A stretch of DNA of 62,433 nt, taken from contig RFQL01000001.1 of NCBI GenBank assembly GCA_009924985.1, forward strand, positions 1 through 62,433, given 5' to 3'. The notes beneath the pieces were generated by a model. It was not told the origin of the DNA, ran no database searches, and saw only the letters and a list, made by a program, of their open reading frames with translations. A program made the position numbers and the translations under genes. This document shows, piece by piece, positions 44,085 through 54,134 of the stretch (the first letter of the stretch is position 1; every line of letters starts with the position of its first letter). The DNA is from Burkholderiaceae bacterium. Its GTDB lineage: Bacteria; Pseudomonadota; Gammaproteobacteria; Burkholderiales; Burkholderiaceae.

Positions 44085-44734
44085 ATTTTTTCACCTTTAC
44101 GATTTAACTTCAGCAAACGCTCTAAGTCCTTACGCATTCTGACAAAATCGTTTGACTCTGCTTTATCTGGAAACACCATCATCTTTTCACCACTGGGGTC
44201 TATCAACTGAATGCCGCCCCCTAGATTCTGCTGATTTAACCAAGCTAGCCAAGCATCATTGTTTTTTGAGTCGGGGGCTGGAATTATTAAAAACCCAGCT
44301 GTTTCTTCGTCGTAAGCCCTATTAATCTCTGGATCTACTGGCAAACGATCGCTCACTACCCAAATTAACTGTACGCGGTTCTTTTGTTTTCCAAGCGCTA
44401 GCCGCACTTGCCGCATCAAATATAAAAGCTCAACGCAAGCATCATTTCCCTTTCGACACTCATTGGCTGGACGGGCGATTAAAAGAGTCCACTTTCCCTT
44501 GAAGGAAGCATCAAACCAAATGGGATTAATTGCTTGTGGAGGCTGTATTAAAGTCCCATAGTTTGTTTTTCCACCCTCAGGCTTAAACACGTAATAAGCC
44601 AGGTAAGATGCAATCACCGGGGTAGCGCATGCTAATAAAAGCAAGATCATTTGAATACGGCCCCGCCGTGTTCTTGCATCCACAGCCTGCTGATCCACTT
44701 GGCTTGCAGGTATTAGTAAATCTTGATCACTCAC
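44081..44734 (-). CDS. Conserved cox-cluster membrane protein (thioredoxin-fold/SCO-like)
   Basis: One TM helix, TNYGTLI, GKWTLL, C-x5-C...LYLMRQVR and IDPSG motifs; conserved slot between SURF1 and ctaA. Confidence 0.75.
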   Translation of the reverse strand: MSDQDLLIPASQVDQQAVDARTRRGRIQMILLLLACATPVIASYLAYYVFKPEGGKTNYGTLIQPPQAINPIWFDASFKGKWTLLIARPANECRKGNDACVELLYLMRQVRLALGKQKNRVQLIWVVSDRLPVDPEINRAYDEETAGFLIIPAPDSKNNDAWLAWLNQQNLGGGIQLIDPSGEKMMVFPDKAESNDFVRMRKDLERLLKLNRKGEKI

Positions 44735-44749
44735 TGGCGTGTTATCCCA

Positions 44750-45517
44750 TTAATTCGATTTATCTTTATTTCGGTAACGTATCACTCCGGTCGTAAACCA
44801 AAATGCTAGAGCCGCAGCTGCTAAAGCAAACCATTGAAAAGCATAAGCATAATGGCGATCAACCCCAACCGTTGGTGGCGGCCATTTTCGTAATAAACCA
44901 TCATTACGATCTGGGTCATTCTGTCGAAGCACAAATCCAAGTTGCGAGTGCTTCAACTGCTTTGCTTCGTACGTAAGATCAAGATTTTGTTGTATTCGTG
45001 GGCGATCCTTGGAGTTTGGTTGATCACCCAGCTCTAGGACCCTTCCGGGACCAGAAAATGCCACCCCTTCTATAGTAAGACTGCCGGCAGGTGTAAGGAT
45101 GCTTGGTAATACCAGTCGATCCTGGCTGTTTCTAGGGGCCCAACCGCGATTTACCCAAATGATCTGTGAAACTGTACCGTCTAAAAGAAAAGGCATTAAT
45201 ACATAGAATCCTGAGTGGGCCTGACTTTGACTACCTTGATTTGGTTTGGGTCGATTGTCTAACCACACGATCTCATTTGGTAAAAACTGACCGCGCGCCC
45301 GGACCGGCCGAAACTCAACTTCAGCCAAAGTCCACGCCTTACCATTTAGATCAACCTGTTCTTTAGCGGCCATGGTCGTTATTTGATTGGCTAGCCCTAT
45401 TTTTTGCTCAGCCCGGCCCAATTGCCAACGTCCAGCAAGGAGACCAATCGCAATGACGATGATTGCGGCAGCGGTTGCTACACGACGCTCTACAATAAGA
45501 GTAGAAAATAAACTCAA
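44750..45517 (-). CDS. SURF1 family cytochrome oxidase biogenesis protein
   Basis: GRWQLGRA, WLDNR, VNRGWAP and HYAYAFQWF motifs. Confidence 0.93.
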   Translation of the reverse strand: MSLFSTLIVERRVATAAAIIVIAIGLLAGRWQLGRAEQKIGLANQITTMAAKEQVDLNGKAWTLAEVEFRPVRARGQFLPNEIVWLDNRPKPNQGSQSQAHSGFYVLMPFLLDGTVSQIIWVNRGWAPRNSQDRLVLPSILTPAGSLTIEGVAFSGPGRVLELGDQPNSKDRPRIQQNLDLTYEAKQLKHSQLGFVLRQNDPDRNDGLLRKWPPPTVGVDRHYAYAFQWFALAAAALAFWFTTGVIRYRNKDKSN

Positions 45518-45532
45518 GGGCTTGGTACCGCA

Positions 45533-45742
45533 ATGAAATGGATGATTGTTTTGATCCTGCTAATCATTATTGGCAGCTTAGGATCGGCGTTGTACTTCAT
45601 GATGAAAGATAAGGGCAATAGCTCCAGAATGGTTCACTCGTTAATGCTACGAATCGGCTTATCTATCGCCTTATTTATTGGCATTTGGATTGCCTACTAC
45701 TTTGGTCTCATACAATCAACCGGGCTAAAGGTTGGTCAATAA
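45533..45742 (+). CDS. DUF2909 / twin-TM small membrane protein
   Basis: 69 aa, two TM helices, SLGSALYFMMKD and LMLRIGLS; conserved inverted gene inside proteobacterial cox clusters. Confidence 0.85.
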   Translation: MKWMIVLILLIIIGSLGSALYFMMKDKGNSSRMVHSLMLRIGLSIALFIGIWIAYYFGLIQSTGLKVGQ

Positions 45743-45765
45743 AAACGGTAGCCAAAGCTACCGTT
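45741..45765 (-). terminator. Rho-independent terminator of the cox structural operon
   Basis: AACGGTAGC-CAAA-GCTACCGTT stem-loop; T tract on the minus strand just after the coxC stop. Confidence 0.75.
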
Positions 45766-45771
45766 CATCAC

Positions 45772-46626
45772 TTACATCCAGTAAATAACGATGTAAAGAC
45801 CAAGCCAAACAACGTCAACAAAGTGCCAATACCAGGCCGCACCCTCAAAACCAAAGTGATTATCAGGTGAAAAATCTCCGCGGATGAGGCGACGCAAAAT
45901 AATAGCCAGCATAAGGCCGCCCAAAAACACATGGAATCCATGAAAACCAGTCAACATGAAAAAGGTTGAGCCATAGATGCCAGAAGTTAGCTTCAGATTT
46001 AAATCGGAATAAGCATGAATATATTCATAAGCCTGAAAGCCCAAGAAGATGACGCCCAATACCACTGTAGCAAACAGGCCATAGATTGCCTTCTGACGAT
46101 GCCCTTCACGTAATGCGTGATGTGCATAGGTCACGGTCACCCCAGAGCTCAATAGCAACAAGGTATTAATTGTGGGGATCGGCCAAGGGCCGATCGTACT
46201 AAATTTCTCGACCAGTCCTGTTGGGCCAAGGGTGGGCCATGCTGCTACAAAGTCGGGCCACAATATTTTGCTATCGACGTCACCCAGCCAAGGAACTGTA
46301 ATGCTACGCGCATAGAACAGGGCCGAGAAGAAGGCCGCAAAGAACATAATCTCTGAGAATATGAACCAACTCATCGACCAGCGGTAAGAGATGTCAACGT
46401 TTACCCCGTTCTTGCCAGTATTACCCTCGGAAATTGCGTCTCCAAACCAGCCATACAACACAACCAAGACATAAATGACGGAGGCTATGACCAAGGGGCC
46501 GCCCCACGATACATTATTAACCCATGCGGTCATGCCGCCACCAAAACCCAGCAAGCCAACGCTCGCTAAAACTGGATACTTTGAGGGACTTGGAACAAAA
46601 TAATAAGGAGTGGAGTTCGATGACAT
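45772..46626 (-). CDS. coxC: Cytochrome c oxidase subunit III
   Basis: WFIFSEIMFF, NTLLLLSSG, TGFHGFHV and WYWHFVDVVW motifs. Confidence 0.97.
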   Translation of the reverse strand: MSSNSTPYYFVPSPSKYPVLASVGLLGFGGGMTAWVNNVSWGGPLVIASVIYVLVVLYGWFGDAISEGNTGKNGVNVDISYRWSMSWFIFSEIMFFAAFFSALFYARSITVPWLGDVDSKILWPDFVAAWPTLGPTGLVEKFSTIGPWPIPTINTLLLLSSGVTVTYAHHALREGHRQKAIYGLFATVVLGVIFLGFQAYEYIHAYSDLNLKLTSGIYGSTFFMLTGFHGFHVFLGGLMLAIILRRLIRGDFSPDNHFGFEGAAWYWHFVDVVWLGLYIVIYWM

Positions 46627-46648
46627 CGTGCTCTTTCTAACTTAAGAA

Positions 46649-46843
46649 TTAACTTGATACGACTAATTTAACAATCAACAAAAGAATGGCCATAAATAGA
46701 ATGGCGCCTAATAAACCCGCAATAATGATATGAATAAAACTAAGACTTGCAACATCGCTTTGTAATCCAGAGTCTTTGCGAACTCCAAGGAATGCCCACA
46801 GCACTGCGCGTATGGATTGAAAAAAATTTAGTTTCTTTTTCAT
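46649..46843 (-). CDS. DUF2970 small membrane protein
   Basis: AVLWAFLGVRK plus a C-terminal TM helix; typical position between ctaG and coxC. Confidence 0.82.
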   Translation of the reverse strand: MKKKLNFFQSIRAVLWAFLGVRKDSGLQSDVASLSFIHIIIAGLLGAILFMAILLLIVKLVVSS

Positions 46844-47433
46844 GAGCCGCTTGCCTTCGCTGGCCTTGTTAAGGCAACTGGTTTTGGAATGCCAGTTTCA
46901 AAAAAGGTATAAGAAAGCGTAATTGTTTTCACGTCTTTTGGTAAATTAGGATCGACAATAAATACTACCGGCATTTGGCGTATTTGATGGGGATTCAATG
47001 CCTGCTCTTGAAAACAGAAGCACTCAATTTTTGTAAAGAATTCTGTTGCGGCTTTTGGGGCATAGCTGGGGATTGCTTGTGCTGCAATAGCACGGTCCTT
47101 CGTATTAACGACCTCATACACGATTTCGTGTAACTCGCCAGGATGCACTTCAAGGAAATTCTTGACAGGCTTAAATGCGAATGGTCCGCGACTGTTCGAA
47201 TCAAACTCAATGGTAACGGTACGCGAGTAATCAATTTGAGTGTTACCTGGTTTACTTGCACCATGCGCGCGTACACCATAATTATTCTTACTCGTGATCA
47301 CATTAATGCCAGTGACCTCACACAGCGCTTTATATAAAGGTACCAAGGCATATCCAAACCCAAACATGAGGACAGCTAACAAAAGGAGCTTGAGCAAAAT
47401 TTGCTTGTTGATAGTCCCAAGATTATTAGCCAT
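46840..47433 (-). CDS. ctaG: Cytochrome c oxidase assembly protein CtaG/Cox11
   Basis: MFGFGYALVPLY..LC and KIECFCF copper motif. Confidence 0.95.
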   Translation of the reverse strand: MANNLGTINKQILLKLLLLAVLMFGFGYALVPLYKALCEVTGINVITSKNNYGVRAHGASKPGNTQIDYSRTVTIEFDSNSRGPFAFKPVKNFLEVHPGELHEIVYEVVNTKDRAIAAQAIPSYAPKAATEFFTKIECFCFQEQALNPHQIRQMPVVFIVDPNLPKDVKTITLSYTFFETGIPKPVALTRPAKASGS

Positions 47434-47438
47434 TTAAC

Positions 47439-47552
47439 TTAACCAAATATCCAGTACTTCATCACAATTCCCATAAAGAATGCCAATGCAATTGAAAGTA
47501 ATACCACCGCGAGGCGACGGTTACTCATCAAGGGATTGGAACGCTGGGTCAC
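47439..47552 (-). CDS. Small single-TM cytochrome oxidase-associated peptide (37 aa)
   Basis: GTG...TAA ORF MTQRSNPLMSNRRLAVVLLSIALAFFMGIVMKYWIFG with a GGAG Shine-Dalgarno; fills the coxA-ctaG gap; below the ORF-track size cutoff. Confidence 0.78.
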   Translation of the reverse strand: MTQRSNPLMSNRRLAVVLLSIALAFFMGIVMKYWIFG

Positions 47553-47564
47553 GAACAACTCCAC

Positions 47565-49157
47565 TTAAACAACTTTAGGTGGTTGTTCAAAGGTGTGGAA
47601 TGGCGCAGGTGATGGGATCGACCACTCTAAGGTATTTGCTGTTTCCCAAGGGCTGTCTGAAGCCATCTTGCCGTGACCACGATATGCGGGCAATACTACA
47701 TACAAAAGAAAGTAGACCTGCATCAAGCCAAAGCCCAAGCCGCCAATTGATGCGATTAAATTGAAATCCGCAAACTGAGTTGGGTAGTCAGCATAACGAC
47801 GCGGCATACCAGCTAATCCCAAAAAGTGCATGGGGAAGAATGTCAAATTAAAGAAGAACATGGAGCCCCAGAAATGTACCTTGCCACGAAACTCATCGGC
47901 CATGCGACCAGTCCATTTTGGACACCAGTAATAGAAACCAGCAAACATCGCAAACAAGGATCCAGCTACTAACACATAGTGGAAGTGAGCAACCACGTAA
48001 TACGTATCTTGCAAACCAATATCAATCGGGGCCATCGCAAGCACTAAGCCGGTAAATCCGCCAATCGTGAACACAAAAATAAATCCAATTGCCCATAACA
48101 TGGGAGTCTCAAAGGTCATGGAGCCCTTCCACATGGTCGCGACCCAATTAAATATCTTGACCCCTGTTGGCACAGCGATCAGCATAGTTGCGTACATAAA
48201 GAACAGTTGGCCGGTGACAGGCATACCGGTAGCAAACATATGGTGTGCCCAAACAATGAAGGACAGAATTGCAATTGAGGATGTCGCGTACACCATGGAT
48301 GCATAACCAAATAATCTCTTACGCGCAAAGACAGGCACTACCTCACTAATGATGCCAAAGGCTGGCAGGATCATGATGTATACCTCGGGGTGGCCAAAGA
48401 ACCAAAAAATATGCTGGTACATCACAGGATCGCCACCGCCGGCTGCGGAAAAGAAGCTAGTACCAAAATGACGATCCGTTAGAACCATCGTAATCGCACC
48501 CGCCAAAACAGGCATTACGGCGATTAAGAGATAAGCAGTAATCAACCAAGTCCAGCAGAACATTGGCATCTTCATGAGGGTCATACCAGGTGCACGCATG
48601 TTCAAAATGGTCACGATGATGTTAATCGAACCCATGATGGAAGAGGCGCCTAACAAATGGAGCGCAAAAATTGCCATGTCCATTCCGGGACCCATTTGTA
48701 AGGTCAGTGGCGCATAGAGTGTCCAACCGCCCGATGGAGCTCCGCCTGGAGCCAGGAAAGATCCAAAAAGCAATAAAGCAGCCACTGGTAATATCCAGAA
48801 ACTAAAGTTATTCATGCGGGCAAAAGCCATATCAGAAGCACCAATTTGCAAAGGAACCATCCAATTTGCAAAGCCAACGAATGCCGGCATGATGGCACCA
48901 AAAACCATGACCAGGCCATGCATCGTGGTTAGCTGATTAAAGAACTCTGGACGAAGGTACTGAAGACCTGGCTGAAACAGCTCTAAGCGAATACCCAGAG
49001 CCATTACACCACCTGCTAACAAACTCACAAAAGAAAAGATTAAATACATCGTTCCAATGTCTTTGTGATTCGTTGCAAATAACCAGCGCCTCCATCCGTG
49101 AGGATGGTCATGCGCGTGATCGTGAGCGTGATCGTGGGTTGTAGATATGGTGCTCAT
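47565..49157 (-). CDS. coxA: Cytochrome c oxidase subunit I (A1-type)
   Basis: [29 protein letters not shown] and GMPRRY motifs. Confidence 0.99.
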   Translation of the reverse strand: MSTISTTHDHAHDHAHDHPHGWRRWLFATNHKDIGTMYLIFSFVSLLAGGVMALGIRLELFQPGLQYLRPEFFNQLTTMHGLVMVFGAIMPAFVGFANWMVPLQIGASDMAFARMNNFSFWILPVAALLLFGSFLAPGGAPSGGWTLYAPLTLQMGPGMDMAIFALHLLGASSIMGSINIIVTILNMRAPGMTLMKMPMFCWTWLITAYLLIAVMPVLAGAITMVLTDRHFGTSFFSAAGGGDPVMYQHIFWFFGHPEVYIMILPAFGIISEVVPVFARKRLFGYASMVYATSSIAILSFIVWAHHMFATGMPVTGQLFFMYATMLIAVPTGVKIFNWVATMWKGSMTFETPMLWAIGFIFVFTIGGFTGLVLAMAPIDIGLQDTYYVVAHFHYVLVAGSLFAMFAGFYYWCPKWTGRMADEFRGKVHFWGSMFFFNLTFFPMHFLGLAGMPRRYADYPTQFADFNLIASIGGLGFGLMQVYFLLYVVLPAYRGHGKMASDSPWETANTLEWSIPSPAPFHTFEQPPKVV

Positions 49158-49214
49158 ACTTTGCTCCAGTTCAATATTGATGTATTAGATTAATTTGTTC
49201 GATTCTTCATGCCG

Positions 49215-50369
49215 TTATTTCGCGGCGCGAGCGCTGGCAAATTCTTGGGTCTGAATCACGTCGCCAGATTTATTGCTCCATGCATTACGGGTGTAGGTCA
49301 TAACTGCTGCTAAATCGCCATCTGAAATCACTCCGCCCCATTTAGGCATGGCGCCCTTACCATTGATCAAGATGTTGTAATTCGCTGCCTTTGGACCCAT
49401 CACTAATTTGCTACCATCCAATGCCGGGAAGGCGCCTGCGCCCTTACCATTTGCCTGATGGCAAGCTGCGCAATTACTGGTGTATACCTTTGCACCTCGA
49501 TCCATCTGCTCTGCAAGGGTGTAGACCTTACTTGGATCATCCGCTGTGGCAGCCATTTCTTTTTTCTTCTGCGTGACCCATTGTGTATATTCCTGATCCG
49601 TAACAACCTTCACAACGATTGGCATGAACGCATGTTGCGCTCCACAGAGTTCAGAACATTGACCGCGGTAGGTGCCAACCTTGTCTGCCTTAAACCATGT
49701 GTCTCTCACAAACCCTGGGATTGCATCTTGCTTAACCCCAAAAGCCGGAACCGCCCATGCATGTATTACATCATTTGCGGTTGTGATTATTCGGATCTTT
49801 TTGTTAACGGGCACAACCATTTCATTGTCAACTTCCATCAAGTACGTAACATTTTTTGGTGCTAAGTTATTAATAGATTCGCGTGAGGTGGACAAGGTGG
49901 ATAAAAAACTAATTCCTTCGCCCTCACCCTTTAAATAGTCATAGCCCCACTTCCACTGATATCCCGTTGTTTTAATAGTTATGTCAGCATTCGTTGTATC
50001 TTTCATGGCCACTACTGTTTTGGTAGCTGGCAAGGCCATACCAATAACAATTAGCAAAGGAATGACTGTCCAAACAATTTCAACCGAGGTGCTCTCATGA
50101 AAGGAGGCTGGCTGAGCACCCTTTGATTTGCGGTGCTTGATGATGGAATAAAACATCACCCCAAAAACACCAACAAAAATGATTAAGCAAATGATCATCA
50201 TGAACCAGTGCAGCCAATGGATCTCTTCCATTATTTTGGTCGCTGGCGCTGTGAAGTTTAATTGGTTGACCTTTGGGCCTCCAGGCATATCTTGCGCTGC
50301 AACACCAAAACTCCAAATACTGAATCCAAGAAATAGCCACGTTTTTGCAAAGAATTTACTAATGTTCAT
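49215..50369 (-). CDS. coxB: Cytochrome c oxidase subunit II with C-terminal cytochrome c domain
   Basis: QWKWGYDY, DVIHAW, CuA motif CSELCGAQHAFM and heme-binding CAACH. Confidence 0.97.
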   Translation of the reverse strand: MNISKFFAKTWLFLGFSIWSFGVAAQDMPGGPKVNQLNFTAPATKIMEEIHWLHWFMMIICLIIFVGVFGVMFYSIIKHRKSKGAQPASFHESTSVEIVWTVIPLLIVIGMALPATKTVVAMKDTTNADITIKTTGYQWKWGYDYLKGEGEGISFLSTLSTSRESINNLAPKNVTYLMEVDNEMVVPVNKKIRIITTANDVIHAWAVPAFGVKQDAIPGFVRDTWFKADKVGTYRGQCSELCGAQHAFMPIVVKVVTDQEYTQWVTQKKKEMAATADDPSKVYTLAEQMDRGAKVYTSNCAACHQANGKGAGAFPALDGSKLVMGPKAANYNILINGKGAMPKWGGVISDGDLAAVMTYTRNAWSNKSGDVIQTQEFASARAAK

Positions 50370-50555
50370 TTTTTTCTCAAAATTTTCTCAAGTACCCTGA
50401 ACAACTGCAAGGCGCCGAATTGCCATTAATCACAATTTAGACACTTGATTATAGGATGATTTGCTTGACAGGCTCACTTTTGGCAAAAGGTCTGAGGATA
50501 AACCCTATCTATAGATAATTAAATGTGAGTACTTACTTATAAAGCAGATATGCAA

Positions 50556-51320
50556 CTATTTACGTTTAATTGCGTCTGGACGAATATATGCTGTTTTCCC
50601 ATCTGATTTACTCAAATTTTTACCCAGAACCCAGGCGTGCCCATAAACAATTTCCAAGGTCATCTTTTTTCCCTGAAGTGCGTTGCTTAGGGCGTCAACG
50701 GGGGTGTTTGATTGAACAAGCCCGATAGCAAGAGCATCTCTCAAATGAGTAGTTACAGATTCATATTCCAAATACAAATACTCCATATCCATGACCGGAT
50801 CAGAGAAGCCTTTTTGCACCAGAGCATCGCCAATATCGTGCATATCCAATGCTCCCGGTAAATTCTTTAAATAGGGGCTAGCTTGAGGGGAGATGCGCAG
50901 TTCTTTTCCGGTGTCTGGCCCCAAATAGCTAAAGCACAACAAGCCATCTTCTCGTATTTGCCGATGCGCTATCTCTATCCAATCCTGAGGTCGTTCGTAG
51001 TGCTGAAGCTCTAAGCAGCTGATCATTAATCCATAGTGATTTTCTCGAGAGCTGGGATTTTGATGAAGAAGCGTCCCACGATTCAATAGGCCTCTGAAGA
51101 GACGCTGCATTCGCAGACGCATTTGCTGATGAAGACTTAAGTGAGAATCTGCCACGGTATCTATTTGAGCCCTTGGAAACCGTTTTGCCAATTGTTGAAG
51201 ACCCAAACCCGGAAAATCAGGTTGCAACAAAATTTCATTGGGCTGGACCTTGATGGGCTCTAATTTTTCGAGCATGCGCTGATAAATTTCAGACTGTAGC
51301 CATGAGAGGGGCGTGGACAT
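50556..51320 (-). CDS. BioC-like SAM-methyltransferase-fold protein (degenerate motif I)
   Basis: EIYQRMLEKL, GLLCFSYLGPDT..EL, DMHDIGDALVQKGFSDPVMDME and EIVYGHAW motifs; divergent from comF; ATG 51320 preferred. Confidence 0.78.
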   Translation of the reverse strand: MSTPLSWLQSEIYQRMLEKLEPIKVQPNEILLQPDFPGLGLQQLAKRFPRAQIDTVADSHLSLHQQMRLRMQRLFRGLLNRGTLLHQNPSSRENHYGLMISCLELQHYERPQDWIEIAHRQIREDGLLCFSYLGPDTGKELRISPQASPYLKNLPGALDMHDIGDALVQKGFSDPVMDMEYLYLEYESVTTHLRDALAIGLVQSNTPVDALSNALQGKKMTLEIVYGHAWVLGKNLSKSDGKTAYIRPDAIKRK

Positions 51321-51343
51321 AGGATCAGTATACTCAGCGTCCC

Positions 51344-52066
51344 ATGCATTTATTGGCCCCTCTAATCGACTTTCTATTGCCAACTTTATGTATGGTCTGC
51401 GAGCGGGTGCAAAGTCATATAGTTTGCTCTAACTGCTTACTCAATAACAGAAGGGCTATTCTGCAAAGGGCTTCATCTTGCACTGTTTGCGGTATTCCTA
51501 TCACCACGCCCGAATCACGCTGCCTTAATTGTGTAAAAAATCCGCCAGTCTATGATGCATCCTTATATATAAACTCATATACCAGCGAGTTACAGTATGC
51601 CCTGCACGCCTATAAGTATCAAAGTCGACTTGCTTGTGCAGCAGGCTTTTCTTATCTGTGGAACCAGTGTGCCGATATGCTCTCACCGCAAATCTTTGCC
51701 GACTATCTTCTACCCGTTCCACTTGGAGTTAGTAAATTAAATATGCGCGGTTTTAATCAAAGCTGGGAGATTGCAAAAAACATTCAACTGCCCATAACGG
51801 TTCGCAAGATACCCGACGCCATAGGTCGAAGGGGTGATGAGGCGCCACAGGCAACTCTTAATCGAGCGATGCGCAAAGAAAAAATGGAGGGCATGTTTTA
51901 TCTAAATACAAATTGGTGTGGGCGCTTTAAGGATCGCACTATTATCGTATTTGACGACGTGATGACCTCGGGGGCGACAATGAATGCCATAGCAGCGTTG
52001 CTAAAAAGGGAAGGTGCTAAGCATGTTAGTGCTTGGGTTGTTTTACGGACACTACCCAAACCTTAA
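51344..52066 (+). CDS. comF: ComF/GntX family protein (double zinc ribbon plus PRTase-like domain)
   Basis: Four CxxC pairs, PVPL, RGFNQS and PRPP-binding FDDVMTSGAT motifs. Confidence 0.9.
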   Translation: MHLLAPLIDFLLPTLCMVCERVQSHIVCSNCLLNNRRAILQRASSCTVCGIPITTPESRCLNCVKNPPVYDASLYINSYTSELQYALHAYKYQSRLACAAGFSYLWNQCADMLSPQIFADYLLPVPLGVSKLNMRGFNQSWEIAKNIQLPITVRKIPDAIGRRGDEAPQATLNRAMRKEKMEGMFYLNTNWCGRFKDRTIIVFDDVMTSGATMNAIAALLKREGAKHVSAWVVLRTLPKP

Positions 52067-52088
52067 GAATCTGCAATATGATCCCACC

Positions 52089-52559
52089 ATGTTTAATGTT
52101 GTCTTGTTTGAGCCTGAGATTCCGCCAAATACGGGGAATATTATTCGCCTCTGCGCCAATACGGGCGCACGTCTGCATTTGATTGAGCCCCTTGGCTTTC
52201 CACTGGAGCACGCCAAGCTAAAAAGGGCAGGGCTTGACTATCATGAGTTTGCCAATATTAGGGTTTATCAAAGTTGGCAAGATTTTTTAGAGCAGACTAA
52301 ACCAAATCTATCGCGTGTATTTGCTTTAACAACAAAAGGGCAAACAACATCCCTAAGTAGTAAATTTCTTGCGAGTGATTATTTTGTCTTTGGCTCAGAA
52401 ACCAAGGGTATTAGTACGGAAGTAAGGACTGCTATTCCAAAAGATAATCATTTGCGCCTCCCGATGCTACCTAATAGTCGTAGCCTTAATCTTGCAAACT
52501 CAGTAGCAATAGTGGTTTACGAAGCATGGCGGCAAAATCAATTTACAGGCGGCCTCTAA
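52089..52559 (+). CDS. trmL: tRNA (cytidine/uridine-34-2'-O)-methyltransferase
   Basis: PEIPPNTGNIIRLCAN, RAGLDYHE, FGSETKG and RSLNLANS motifs; ATG 52089. Confidence 0.96.
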   Translation: MFNVVLFEPEIPPNTGNIIRLCANTGARLHLIEPLGFPLEHAKLKRAGLDYHEFANIRVYQSWQDFLEQTKPNLSRVFALTTKGQTTSLSSKFLASDYFVFGSETKGISTEVRTAIPKDNHLRLPMLPNSRSLNLANSVAIVVYEAWRQNQFTGGL

Positions 52560-53575
52560 GACTCTGTCTTCGGTTCACGTCCCATTAAAACCTGCACACC
52601 TTGTTCGACTGTTAGTTTGCCATTTAAGACTTCTACAACGGTAGTGCAAATTGGCATTTCAATATGATGGCGCTTTGCTAAATCAGTCACTGCGTTAGCG
52701 CACAGGACACCTTCTGCCACGTGGCCCAAGGCGCTTAACACCTGATTCAAGTCTTGGCCTGCTGCTAGGGATAATCCGACCCGTCGATTTCGGGATAAAT
52801 CACCCGTTGCGGTCAAAATTAAATCGCCTAGCCCCGTCAAACCCATACAGGTCTCACTCTTACCACCCACAGCCTTTACTAAACGCATCATTTCTGCCAA
52901 GCCGCGTGTTAGCAAGGCAGCGCGGGCATTCAATCCCAAACCCAGACCATCTCCAATACCAGCAGCGATCGCCAGAACGTTCTTCACCGCGCCGCCTAGC
53001 TCAACTCCAATCAAATCATCACTGGCATAAACACGGATATTTCCATGATGAAAGGCTCTCTGGACCAGTGCACAGAACTCGTGTTGATGACTAGCAACTG
53101 TTAAGGCACATGGCAGACCTTCCCCCACCTCTCGAGCAAAGCTGGGGCCAGACAGTACACCAAAGGCATGTCGATGAGTTGGGTGCATTGCTAACTCGCG
53201 TTGTAACACTTGGTGAGGCAATAAGGCTGTATGAGGTTCTAACCCTTTACATAAATACAAAATATTAAATGGGTGTTTTGCCTGCGTAAGTACATGCTCT
53301 AAGATTTGGGACAAGCCTGACATTGGTGTGGCAATTACTAATACATCATCCGAACCCAGGCAACCAAGTGCCTTTTGGAAATCAGACTCTAGTAAAAGGC
53401 CATCCGGGAGAGGGATCGCAGGAAGGTACTGTTTATTCTCTGCATCGATATTTAATGCCTCTATCTGTTTTGCGTTGCGTGCCCATAAACAGACAGACTG
53501 AGGGGCATGATGGCGAGCTGCTGATATGGCGATTGCCGTACCCCAAGCTCCACCACCAAGAACCGTAATATTCAT
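52556..53575 (-). CDS. gpsA: NAD(P)H-dependent glycerol-3-phosphate dehydrogenase
   Basis: GGGAWGTA, CKGLE, LSGPSFAREV, GGAVKNVLAIA and GLGDLILT..SRNR motifs. Confidence 0.97.
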   Translation of the reverse strand: MNITVLGGGAWGTAIAISAARHHAPQSVCLWARNAKQIEALNIDAENKQYLPAIPLPDGLLLESDFQKALGCLGSDDVLVIATPMSGLSQILEHVLTQAKHPFNILYLCKGLEPHTALLPHQVLQRELAMHPTHRHAFGVLSGPSFAREVGEGLPCALTVASHQHEFCALVQRAFHHGNIRVYASDDLIGVELGGAVKNVLAIAAGIGDGLGLGLNARAALLTRGLAEMMRLVKAVGGKSETCMGLTGLGDLILTATGDLSRNRRVGLSLAAGQDLNQVLSALGHVAEGVLCANAVTDLAKRHHIEMPICTTVVEVLNGKLTVEQGVQVLMGREPKTES

Positions 53576-54090
53576 TAGTTGGGCAGGATGATCTTACTTT
53601 CTGCATCGCGAGAACCCGCTTCCGCGCCCTGGGATTCCTGGGCTTGTGCCAAGCGGTGCTCATACATGCCATGAAAATTAATGTCCGATAAATGAATGGG
53701 CTGAAAGCCTGCGCGACTAATAATATCGGCAACATTTGAACGCAAGTAAGGGAAGATGATCGTTGGGCAGGTTATACCAAGCATCGGATCAATCTGCTCT
53801 GGTGGAATATTTTTGAACTCAAAAATGCCTGCTTGTTTTACCTCTACCAAAAACATAACCTTACCATCGACCATTGCTGTAACCGTACTAAGTAAGGCAA
53901 CTTCAAAAAGTTCTTCGGTTAAACGATCAACAGCAATATCGAGTTCTACCTCAATCTGTGGCTCGCTTGCAACTAACAAAATACCTGGGACATTTGGCTG
54001 CTCGAGGGATAAATCTTTTAAGTAAACACGTTGAATTACAAAAGAGGGATCACTTGGACCCGTTGCAGAATTAGTTGCAGCATCACTCAT
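53575..54090 (-). CDS. secB: Protein-export chaperone SecB
   Basis: [22 protein letters not shown] and [10 protein letters not shown] motifs. Confidence 0.96.
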   Translation of the reverse strand: MSDAATNSATGPSDPSFVIQRVYLKDLSLEQPNVPGILLVASEPQIEVELDIAVDRLTEELFEVALLSTVTAMVDGKVMFLVEVKQAGIFEFKNIPPEQIDPMLGITCPTIIFPYLRSNVADIISRAGFQPIHLSDINFHGMYEHRLAQAQESQGAEAGSRDAESKIILPN

Positions 54091-54134
54091 ATTAAATCTC
54101 TTTCACTAAGTAAGATGGGAGTAAGAACTAAAAA

